From a virus: 64,000 bases of DNA. Under the pieces are notes generated by a model, which was given only the letters and a program-made list of their open reading frames with translations, made no database searches and was not told the DNA's origin. Positions 39,345-50,600 of this stretch are shown here, one piece after another; positions within the stretch are counted from its first letter, which is position 1; each line of letters begins with the position of its first letter. The translations under genes and the position numbers were made by a program. The DNA is taken from positions 185 to 64,184 of the IMG/VR virus record IMGVR_UViG_3300033128_000027, one strand, 5' to 3'.

Positions 39345-39440
39345 AAATAACGGTATGGGTGGAAGGGCAGTTTTTTAACGTAAGTCCAGCCACGGTATAC
39401 CTGGATTGAAACTCCACCTTTACTTGGTGGGGTTTTTTAT
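39345..39440 (+). ncRNA. Candidate second RNA unit with third repeat
   Basis: Repeat 39362-39390 then terminator CTCCACC/GGTGGGG plus T run; promoter not clearly identified. Confidence 0.4.
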
Positions 39441-39525
39441 GTTCTCTCCCCCTTCCCTATAGTTACAATTTACATGTGATGTGATATTATGGAAGTAACT
39501 ATATTTACGAGGGTGATGAACTAAT

Positions 39526-40233
39526 ATGAGCAGTAAACAAAGAAATTCTATTTGGATAATATATGGTATTATATCTTGTTCGTTTTTATTTATAGATACT
39601 TGGGAACCGTTTGGTGTGATGTTGCTCATATTAGGTGGTATATTGTTGGCTTTTAGACCGTCTCGAAACAGAAATCGTAAACTTGCTGAAGAAAACATGA
39701 ATAAAAACCGTATTTTAACTGAATATGACAAAGAATTCAATGCTGATCATTCTTACTCTACAATTGATGAAAAAATTGCAGTAAATGAAGAATTACAAAT
39801 GTTTAAAATTTATAAGTTTGATAAAGAAAAACAGATAGTTGAAAGTAAGATTAAATTTGATCAAATTATGGACTCTGAAATCAAAATGGATAATGATACT
39901 ATTTTCAAAGCATCCAGAAGTAATCAAATTGGAGGAGCTATTATTGGCGGTATGGTTGCAGGTGGAGTTGGTGCAATTATTGGCGGATCTTCCCCTACTA
40001 CATCTAAAATTGAGAAAGTGAAAGCAATACAATTAAAAATTAGAATAGACGATTTTAAAAATCCTAATCTTACTTTTGATTTTCTACCCACTCCTAAGCA
40101 AATGGGTGTCAATACATTCGAAGGATTCGATAAGAATGGCATTGAATATAAAACAGCTTATGAACGTGCAGAGTTTTGGCATAGTTTATTAGAAATAGCT
40201 ATACGAAAAACAAATAATAAAGTATCTGTCTAG
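39526..40233 (+). CDS. Membrane protein with glycine zipper (moron, possible superinfection exclusion)
   Basis: Two N-terminal TM helices; IGGAIIGGMVAGGVGAIIG; own terminator. Confidence 0.7.
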   Translation: MSSKQRNSIWIIYGIISCSFLFIDTWEPFGVMLLILGGILLAFRPSRNRNRKLAEENMNKNRILTEYDKEFNADHSYSTIDEKIAVNEELQMFKIYKFDKEKQIVESKIKFDQIMDSEIKMDNDTIFKASRSNQIGGAIIGGMVAGGVGAIIGGSSPTTSKIEKVKAIQLKIRIDDFKNPNLTFDFLPTPKQMGVNTFEGFDKNGIEYKTAYERAEFWHSLLEIAIRKTNNKVSV

Positions 40234-40263
40234 AGGTGTTCTGATAAGAGCATCTCTTTTTTT
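40232..40263 (+). terminator. Intrinsic terminator
   Basis: AGAGGTGTTCT-GATA-AGAGCATCTCT plus T run. Confidence 0.75.
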
Positions 40264-40293
40264 TATGCACTTTTTTAGAAAGGAGATGTCTTA

Positions 40294-43200
40294 ATGTCAG
40301 ATTTAAAACTTAGAATTATAGGTACTTTGAATTCTAAAGCTACTATTACCGAAGTAAATAAAGTAATATCCAAAATAGAAAAAGATTTATCAAAGATTAA
40401 ACTAAATATCCAGCTTGATGATAAAGTAGCAAAGTCTCTTTCAGATTATGCTAAAGCTATGGAAAACTATAAGAATATCTCTTCTCAATTGAATAGAGTT
40501 CTTAAAGAAGAAAAAACAATTACTAAAGATGTGAATGGCGTTACAAAAGAAAGGATTTCTCAACAGTTAAAAAGTGGAGAAATTATTCAAAAAGAAATAA
40601 CTCGTCTTAATAATAAGAATAAAGCTACTCAAAAGGAAATCGAAAATACAAATAAATTACAAGTAGCGTATGATAAACTTGGTCAAAAACAAAAACAAGT
40701 CACTACTCAGACCAATAATGGTACTTCTACTTCTAATCAATTTAAGAATGGATTCACAAATACAACTGTAAATTCTAATGTTAATGGCGATGTTACCTCT
40801 GTTAAAACTGTACAGAACCTAGACCAAGAAAGAAAAGCAACTGAAACATTAATAAATAGTAAAAATAAATTAAAAGATACTCTTAGACTTTTAAACAGTG
40901 AAGGTAAAATATCTTCTGATAGTTTATCTAGATTAAATAATGCAGTTAATAGTGCTAAGAATATTGAACAATTAAATAGACTTAAACAAAACATTGATAA
41001 CGTTAATAAAGTTAGAGAAATGCAAAATAAGTTAATACTTGCTCAACGTGAAGCTGAATTAAAAGTAAATAACTTTAAAGCTAATTCTAATTTAAATTCA
41101 ACGCAAACAGCTCAGTTGAATGCTTACTTACAGTCAATAAACTCATTAACAGCTAGAACTCCTCAATTAAATCAAAGATTACGTGAAATGTCCTTAAGAT
41201 TTAATGAAATAACCTCAGAAGCAAGAAATGCAGGTGCTCAAGCTAGAACATTTGGAGAAAGAGTGCAATCGGCATTTAGCTTTATTTCAGTTGGCATGCT
41301 TACATATGGGGCATTTTATGGATTTGTTAATACTATTAAAGACATGACAAATCAAGTGGTTGAACTTGATACAAAAATGACCAATTTACGAAGAGTGATG
41401 GATTTACCAGACTATAAATTTAATGATTTAATGAAGGAATCTATTGCTCTAGGTGATCAACTCTCGAATAAAATCGGTGACATACTTGATATGTATGGCG
41501 GCTTTGGTCGTATGGGATATGATGAAAATCAGTTGACGGCTGTATCACGCACTGCTCAAATCCTACAGAATGTCTCGGATTTAACTCCAGATGATACTGT
41601 CAATACTCTTACTGCAGCAATGCTCAATTTCAATATAGCTGCGGAAGATTCTGCGCAAATTGCTGATAAATTGAACGAAGTCGATTAATTGTAGTCGCCT
41701 ATGTTAGTGATAGCATAGTGAAAACTCGGTGAACCTAGAAATCTAGGGTGTGTTCTGATGAACGCTAACGGTGAAACTCTAAGTCTGAAAAGATATGACA
41801 ATACCGTGCCAAGCTTGGAAGGAAACTTTCTTGAAGGTGTAACGACTAGAATATACCTCCTACGTCTTTTGATATGGAGATGAAATTCGTACTATATAAG
41901 TGAAATTCTTATATGGGAAGTGCCGAGGTTGTGATTTGATCACTACAAGAGATAGTCTAATCCCCTCTTAAAAATATGTGGAAACACAGGGTAAAAATGA
42001 ACAATTACGCAGTCACTACTCTTGATTTAGCAAATTCTATTCGTAAAGCAGGTAGTACTGCATCTACCTTCAATGTAGAATTAAATGATTTAATCGGTTA
42101 CACAACAGCCATTGCAAGTACCACAAGGGAAAGTGGAAATATTGTCGGTAAATGTCGAATTGCTGACATTAAATCTCTTCTGATTGACTTGGAACCCCTA
42201 ACGTTTAGACGAGGGAGACAGGGCGCAAGCGTAATTGCAGCGTGAACGACTAAGTGAAGAGACATTCTTAATAGAATGAAGCGATAGTCTGAACTTCTAT
42301 GGAGACATAGAGAGTAAGGTTGAAGTGCCTTACCGCCATATAATTAACTATGGTCAGTAACCTTTATTGGTGAAAGTAACAGAGTGAACTCTTTAAAAAC
42401 TATTTTCGCTAGATTAACAAATAATTCTCAAGCAATTGGTGCATTAAATGATATTGGTATTTCAATAAATGATGCTAATGGAAAACTAAAGCCAACTGGT
42501 CAAATTTTAGATGAGATTGCGGCTAAATGGAACACCCTATCTGATGCTGAAAAACAAAATGTGGGTGTAAAAGGTGCTGGCATGTATCAACTATCGAGGT
42601 TTAATGCCTTAATGAACAACTACTCGATAGCGCAAGAAGCATCTGAAACAGCAGCTAATAGTTTTGGCTCGGCAATGCGTGAACAAGAAAAATATTCAGA
42701 ATCTCTACAAGCTCGTATTAACCGCCTTTCTAACGCATTTACATCTTTGGCAGTAAGTGCTGGAGATGCACTAATATCTGATACTTTAATTGTGGCTACT
42801 GAAGAATTTGGTGACTTTCTAAAAACTACTGGCGATGTAATAGATGTAATTGGAGTATTACCTATTGTAATGGGAACTGCTGGTGTTGCAACAGTATTAC
42901 TAAGTAAGAATGTTCGAGGAATGTCTACTGCCCTTCTTACTGGAAATGTTTCTCTAGCTGGTACTGCAACTTCTTTATTTGGTTTGGAAGCTGGTATGTC
43001 AAGAGCAGCTATAGCTACTGCTGTATTTAAAACAGCATTACGTGGTTTAATGGTGGCTACTGGCGTAGGTGCTATATTAACTGTTTTAGGTTTTGCGATT
43101 GAGAAAATAACAAACCACTTTGCCGAAGCTAAACAAAAACAACAAGAATATGAACAAATTCAGAATACAACGGTTGAGTCATTAACAGCTAATAAACAAG

Positions 43201-46200
43201 CAACTGATGAATTATTAAAGAAATATCAAGAATTAACTGAAGCTAAAAACTCAGGCAGTTTTAATAGTGATAAAGAAAAAGAGTATTTACAAGTATCACA
43301 ACAACTTGCGGGTCTCCTCCCTTCTCTTGTTGATCATTATGACTCTCAAGGAAATGCTGTCTTAAAAGTTGGAGATGCACTTAAACAAGAAATTGAGTAT
43401 ACTAAAGAACTTGTTCGTCAAAAGAAAGAATTACAACAGGAAGAAGCTAAAGATAATATACAATCTGCATTAAAATCTGTAGATAAAATAGACAATAAAA
43501 TTGATAAAAAGAATCGAATTCTTGATCACAAAGCTGGAGTTAGTGGTGTAAATTATTCAGCCAAAGATAAGAAAAAGATTGAAATTGAAATTACTGAATT
43601 AAAACGTCAATACAATGAGCAACAAATGAAATTACGTGAAGAGTTGCAGAAAACTGTAGACTCTTATTTTACTGACATAACTATTGACACTTCTATTACT
43701 GCTAAAGTAAACAGTGTTATTAGTTCACTTGATGTTTCTGGTGCATCTGCTGAAGAATTAAATACTTTTGCAACCAATGTAGCTTCTGCTATGAAGAAAA
43801 TGCAAAATGCTGTAACTAATAATGATGAGAATGCATATAAGATTGCTAAAGCTGATTTAGATGATCTACTTACTTCTTATAATGTTGCTGAAGGTGGTTC
43901 AAGAAATCTAGAATTATCCTTCCAACAAGTAAAAGACAGTATAAATGGTGTTTCAGATGCAGCTAAAGGTCAAAAAGTCATTTGGGATGAGAATGGTGAA
44001 GTTGTCGGGGAAGTTTCGGGTGAATACGAAGATTTATCATCTAGACTCCAAGATGCTAAAGGTGATTTCGAAGCTATAAGAGATATCATACTTGAAACTG
44101 CTAAAGCTGGTGATTACCAAGCTGCTATAACAGCGAGTATGACAGACGCCTACACTTCCTTATCTGATGAAATTTCGCCACTCAATGATTTACTCGAAAA
44201 AACTGCTGAAGGTAAATCTATCACTTCTAATGAAGCCATGCAACTTATCGCTAAAGAAAAAGACTTGGCTTCTGCAATCAGCGTGGAAAATGGTCAAATT
44301 AAAATCAACCGAGAAGCAGTCCTTAAACTTCGTGATGCTAAAGTAGCTTCATATAAACAAATGATTGATGCACAAAAACGTGAAGTTCAAGCTCAATCGG
44401 AAGGTTTAAAAGTTAAACTTAAAAACTTTGGTGTTGAAGTAAAAGGTATTCTAACCGTTGCACAAGCAAATGAAGCGTTGGCTAAAGCTGAGGAAGAACG
44501 TGCTCGTAAAATGGCTGGATTAAATTCTGACCAAACTGGAGCTATGCACGGTTCTACTGTTGTTCAGAATCAATATGAAGGTATCACTTCTGGTATCAAC
44601 GACATTAAATCAGCATATGAGGCTCTAGACCAAATGTCCGCTATCGCTTCAGCAGGATTAACTGAAGTTGGCACATCTGCAGAATCTTCCTCTGATAAAA
44701 CAAGCAAAGCTAACGAAAAATCTACATATACAACTGATAAATATAAGCAGAAAATGGAAGAGTTAGGTCTTGCTTTAGCTAAAGTGGATAAAATTAAAAG
44801 TGAATATCCACAGCGTTCTAAGAAATACCAGGATGCAATTAAACAGGAAATCAAACTTAAAGAACAGCAATTGAAGTTAATGAATGCTGAAGTTAATAGC
44901 CTTAACAAGCAAATTAAATCAGGAAATATAGTTGCTAAAGGTACTAAGACAACTATAAGTACCACTTCCCCTTCTACTTCCAACTATGTAAGTGGAGGAA
45001 GTACTGAAGCGTCTGTTTGGAATTTCTTTAAGTCTAAAGGTTTCTCTGATTCTGCAACTGCTGGTATTATGGGAAATTTACGTCAAGAATCTGGTTTTTC
45101 AACCACTGCTGTTAATAGGTCATCAGGTGCTACTGGTATCGCTCAATGGTTAGGTGGGCGTTTAAGTGGACTTAAAAACTTTGCTGGATCTCAAGGTACT
45201 AGCTATACTAACCTTAACACTCAACTTGAATGGTTATGGAAAGAATTAAACGGTGCAGATCCTACAACAAAGTCCATCATTAATAAAAATGGTGGTATGA
45301 ATGCTTTCATGAATATGGGAGTTAACGATGCTGCCCTTCTATTCGAAAAAGCGTTTGAACGTTCAGGTGGTGATGCTCTAGGTAATCGTCAAAAGTATGC
45401 CAACAGTATATATACGAAATATGCCGGTACTACCCCTACTGGCTCAGCTAGTGCAGATACATCAAGTACTGTAGCAGATAAAGCACAAGCTATTGACCAA
45501 GCTAAGTCTGACGTATTGAGTATGCAAGAAGAAGCATTACAGATACAGCAACAAATCAACGATCTTAATATGGAGCTAGTTAACTCTGTTCTTGCTGGTA
45601 TCGGCTACAAAAAAGCTGCACTCGAAGATGACTTGGCGCAAATTGATCTTGTACAAAGTTATGAAACAGAGTCTTCTAATAAGTGGACAGATGCCCAACT
45701 AAAGAAAGAAAAGCTACTTCGTAAACAACTTGGTTATGAACAAGAAGCTATGAAGTATCTGAAAGAGCAAATCAAAAACAACAAAGCCTTAACAGAAGCA
45801 CAAAAAGCTCAATTATCAGATGATTTACTTCAACGTACTCAAGATATGATTTCTCTTGAAACTCAGCTATTAGACCAACGTAAGCAAATGGCTGATACGA
45901 TTGTCGATACTTACAAACAAGCTGCGGAATCTATTAAAGACACTCGTCTTAAGACAATTGATAAAATGATTGATGCAATTAATAAGAAAGATGATGATGA
46001 ATCATATGCAAAAGATTTAGCTAAGAAGCAAAGTGAACGTCAAAAGATATTAGATGATATTGCGAAATATTCTTTAGATGACTCATTTGCAGGTATCGCT
46101 AAAGTTAAAGAGCTGCAAGATCAATTGGCTGAAATGGATGAATCCTTAGCCGACATGCAATCCGACAGAGAAAAACAACTTAGAATCGATAATCTAAATA

Positions 46201-46820
46201 CTCAAAAGGATTCTATTCAAGAGGAATTTGACAATCTTGTAAATGATGAACGTAAGTTTGCTAAAATGCGCTCTGATATTATCAATGGAAATGCTAGTCA
46301 AATTCAAAAAGATTTGAATAAGTATTTCAGTAATATTAAAGCTAATTCTAGCATTATGGGTAAGGCTCTATCTAATAATCTAATAGATTTAATCAATCAA
46401 GCTAACCGATATTTAAACGGTAAAGATTATAAGCCTATTAAGATTGCTTCTGCAGCTAAAGGTGGAATATTGCCTTCTTGGGGTAATGAAGGCAAAGCAA
46501 TGGTTGTCCATGAAGAAGAAATGATCTCTACAAAACACGACACGAAGAATTTACTTACAGCTATGGAACAAGCTAAAGATTTGACCAGTTCTTTAAAAGG
46601 TTTAGAAGTTGGTAAAACATTAGCAAGTGCGGCTTTGAATTTACAGACAAGTTTTAAATTACCTACTATCCCCTCCCTTTCCTCTTCTGTATATACTGGA
46701 GGAGATAATCATTACCATGTAACATTTGGTGACTTGAAGGTGACAGGTGATCAAAACGGAGCTAAAACATTATTAAATACATTCGTTAACGGAGTAAGAA
46801 AATTAGGTGGAAATATTTAA
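40294..46820 (+). CDS. Tape measure protein, join(40294..41685,42000..42149,42387..46820), 1991 aa, with phage tail lysozyme domain
   Basis: Removing two introns gives DKLNEVD|NNYAVTT...RESGNIVG|NSLKTIFAR; lysozyme motif GIMGNLRQESG...GIAQW near 45000-45425; YomI position. Confidence 0.9.
41686..41999 (+). ncRNA. Group I self-splicing intron 1 (314 nt, no ORF)
   Basis: Exon ends in U, intron ends in G; IGS GTCGCCT with U.G pair; P10 TAATTGT/ACAATTA; P3 CTCGG/CCGAG; P7 GACTA(41844)/TAGTC(41953); GAAA-capped P9. Confidence 0.9.
42150..42386 (+). ncRNA. Group I self-splicing intron 2 (237 nt, no ORF)
   Basis: Exon ends in U, intron ends in G; IGS GCTGAC; P3 TCTCTTC/GAAGAGA; P7 GACTA(42248)/TAGTC(42285); P8 CATTCT/AGAATG. 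Confidence 0.88.
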
Positions 46821-46829
46821 TCATACTTT

Positions 46830-46857
46830 GAGTCAGCCTTAATTGGTTGGCTCTTTA
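46830..46857 (+). terminator. Intrinsic terminator
   Basis: GAGTCAGCC-TTAATT-GGTTGGCTC-TTT. Confidence 0.7.
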
Positions 46858-46876
46858 TATATGGAGGTGAAAAACA

Positions 46877-47641
46877 GTGATTAGGGAAAGTTTATATTTT
46901 GAATTTGCGGGTGTGCGTTCAACTAGATTTAACATTATGAATGTGTCTGTAAGTAACAGTTTATTTAATGAACCATTAATGAGTAATCGAACAATAAATG
47001 AAGTGTCGATTCGTGGTCGAGATAAGCCTTATTTTATAGATATCGAAAAATCCCCTCTCTCCTTTCAATTAAGTTTTTACTTTGATGATAAGTGGGACGA
47101 TAAACAAATACATGAAGTAATTAAATGGTTGAATGTTGACTATTACCAGCCTCTATCTTTCAGTGAAAATCTAGATAAAGTTTATTATTGTATGCCTGTA
47201 GAATCAACTGAACTTATTCATAATGGTTTAAAGCAAGGTTATATCACACTAACCATGCGCTGTGACTCTCCATATGTCTATGGTAGACAATCTACTACTC
47301 GATGGTATGAATGTAAGAATTCACCTACTACTTTAGAAATAATAAATCTAGGACATGAAACGATATATCCTTTAATTTATATAAGTAAATTGGATGACGG
47401 AAATGTAGAAATTACGAATTTAAGTAGAGCTAATAATGTTCTGAAAATAGTCTCATTAAATAAGAATGAAAAAGTTATGATAAATGGGGAAAATCAAATC
47501 ATTGAAACTAATTTACCTAACATATATAGGTATGATAATTTCAATGATTTTTATTTACCTCTTTATGTAGGGAAGAATCGGATTCAGATATCGGGAAAAT
47601 GTAAAATTAAATTTCAATATCGCTTTAAATTTGTTTCATAG
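46877..47641 (+). CDS. Distal tail protein (Dit)
   Basis: After tape measure; GYITLTMRCDSPYVYG, PLYVGKNRIQI Dit-like motifs. Confidence 0.82.
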   Translation: MIRESLYFEFAGVRSTRFNIMNVSVSNSLFNEPLMSNRTINEVSIRGRDKPYFIDIEKSPLSFQLSFYFDDKWDDKQIHEVIKWLNVDYYQPLSFSENLDKVYYCMPVESTELIHNGLKQGYITLTMRCDSPYVYGRQSTTRWYECKNSPTTLEIINLGHETIYPLIYISKLDDGNVEITNLSRANNVLKIVSLNKNEKVMINGENQIIETNLPNIYRYDNFNDFYLPLYVGKNRIQISGKCKIKFQYRFKFVS

Positions 47642-47654
47642 GAGGTGAAAATAA

Positions 47655-50600
47655 TTGGGGAAAATAGCCGATATTTCTAAATGGCAAGGAACGATAAATT
47701 GGTCTAAAGCAAAAAATGAGTTGGATTATGTTTTCATTCGAGTCCAGTATGGATCTAATTTAATTGATTCTAAGTATAAAGAGTATGTTGCTGGTGCTAA
47801 ACAATATAAAATACCCTTTGGTCACTACGCATATGCTCAATATGTTTCTGTGAGCGATGCCGTTCAAGAAGCTAAAGATTTTTGGAAACGTTCAGACAAA
47901 AACGCTACCACTTTTGTTATTGATGTTGAAGAAATTACAACTAGGAATTCAAGCGACTTAGTTCCAGCGACTCAAGCTTTTATTGATTATTTACATAGTC
48001 AAGGTGCTAAAAAGGTTGGGTTATATTCAGGTGATTCTTTCTATAAGACTAATAAATTATCAAGAGTTAAAGCAGATTTCTTATGGATTGCAAGATATGG
48101 TGTGAACAATGGTAAGCCTAGTACTAAACCTTCTATTGCATGTGATTTATGGCAATACACATCTACTGGGTCAGTGTCTGGCATATCAGGTGATGTCGAT
48201 TTAAATGCACTATATGGTTCTAAACCACTATCTTACTTTACATCGTCTTCTGTTTCTACACCTGTTCCAACACCAGAGCCAGAGCCTGAAAAACCGCCAA
48301 TTGAGGAGCCTGAACCTCCTATTGTTCCTGAATTACCGGAAGAACCAGATGATGATGGTAGTAATGGTGACGATGTTGAGCAACCTGATGATGATACAGA
48401 TGGAGTAATTAAGCCTCCAATAGAAATACCATATGAAAAAGAGTTAGTTAATCCTAATAGCTTAATTAGTTCTTATATTGTTAGAAATGGAGAAAATGTA
48501 GCTAATCCCCAATTGTTCTTAGCTACTCCTACTGGAAATGTGATTGCAGATTTATCTGAATCGTACAATAGAAAGTTGACATTAAATTTTACAACACCAA
48601 ATGAACTATCCTTCTCTCTTCCTTATGAAATAGAGGTATTAAATAAATTGGTTTCAAATAAAACAGTGAGTTTATTAAGAGAGAGATTTTTAATAAAGTT
48701 ACTTTTTGCTGGTGTAGAGTCATGGTATATTATTACTCAAAAACAGCCCTCTTCATCAGATAGCGACTTAATTAATGTTCAGTGTTTTTCACTAGAGTAT
48801 GAATTAAGATATCGTAAAATGTTGAATTACCAAGCTGTATCTTATAACTGCCTCCAAGTGTTAAATGATGTTTTAAAAGACACTAATTGGAGCATTGGAT
48901 ATATAAACGATGAATTCAATTTGAAATATCATCAATTTGATGTGTCTAGCAGTAGTAAATTAGATTTTATCAATGATATATGTAAAAAATTTAATGCTTA
49001 TGTAATTTACGATACTGTCAACAAAAAGGTACATATTTGTAAGGAAGAAGAAGTTTCTATTTATAAAGGTTTTTGGGTTGAATATGGTAAATATCTTCAG
49101 AACATTGAACAAACAGATGAAATTGAGGATATAGTTACAAGATTGCATGTTAGTGGTGCTAATGATGTATCCATTAATTCGGTTAATCCAACTGGACAAT
49201 CGTATATTGATAACTTTTCTTATTTTCTTTATCCGTTTGATATGGATACTCAAGGCAATATAACAAATCACAGCTATTATATGTCTGATGAACTATGCCT
49301 TGCATTAATCAACTATAATAAACTAGTAGAAAATAACACAGGCACTTTCAGTAAATTACTAGAAAAAAAATCAAATTTACAAAAGGAATTAGCGGATATA
49401 AATGCTAAACTTAGAACATTAGAAAACGAGTTAACGATTATATTAGACAATATTCAAATAGCAAAAGATGGTGGAGAATCAACTGCCTCATTGAATCAGC
49501 AGCGGGATAATAAAGAATCTCAAATATCATCTCAGAAAAAGCAATTATCTTCTAAACAGGCTGAAATAACCAATGTTGATGTTGAGCTTTCTAAATTAAA
49601 TTTATTATTAAAATTAGAAAACAATATTGCTGATAACCTTTTAATAGAATTGAGGAACTTTATTTTCGAGGGCGAATATTCAGATGACAGTCAAATAAAT
49701 GATGCTGATTTGTATGAATCTGCCATTACGGAATTAAAAAATATTAGTTCCCCTCCTATTAATATTTCAATGGGGATAATAAATTTCTTTGCTGTCCTTG
49801 AAGAAAAACATAATTGGAATCGTTTATGTATTGGTGACATTATTAAAATTAAACATAAAAAAATAGGAATAGATGTCAGAGTAACCGTTGATTCTTTAGC
49901 ATTTGATTTTGATAATTATTCGATTAGCATTAACGTTACTAATACTAAGAGACCTAAATCCGACGAAGAAAGATTAATAAATGCTCTTTATACTATTGAT
50001 AAGGTTAATACTGATTACAATAAACGGAAGCGCAATTGGAATAATATTGCTACAAATTTTAATTCTCGAAATGATCGTATTTCAGTTACACCTAATAGTC
50101 CAACCAACGTAACTATTGCACATAAAATTAACGATAATGGGTCTGCTGATTTAACAATAAACTGGAATTATAATGATTACGAAAAGACTAAAAAAGATGC
50201 AGATAACATAGATGGATTTATTGTTTACATGTATTCAGATATATCAAACGAACGCTATGTATTCGGATCAACAATTGCAAAAGAAACTATAATATCGGTT
50301 AATTACTCTATTAAAACATACACCTTTCCAAGCGTCCCTCCTAATCGTTTTTATACATTGGGGGTTCGAGCCTATAGACATGTTGATGATGACATTAACA
50401 TAGATGGGATTATTTTTTCTGACTTAGTAACTCCTTCTGACGTAAATCAAAACCCTTATCAACCAAGTGAATTAACGGTTGTCAATGGATTACTCTACGG
50501 AAAGGTAAACGGGGCAATTTATGTTACTTCAGATGTTGAACCAGAAGAAGCTGAGGTAAACAAGACTGTATGGGTAAATCCTTCAACTTTAGAACAATCA

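Noticed and set aside
39169-39390. CRISPR mini-array reading of the three repeats
   Set aside because: Repeats vary internally, spacing is irregular (27 and 108 nt), a terminator intervenes and there are no cas genes
41976-42245. 89-aa ORF, and the GTG start at 42384 for the 1478-aa ORF
   Set aside because: Artefacts of the introns: the 89-aa ORF is exon 2 plus intron sequence, and the GTG is the end of intron 2
48255-48400. Low-complexity CCAGAG/GATGAT repeats
   Set aside because: Coding Pro/Glu/Asp linker, not an independent repeat element
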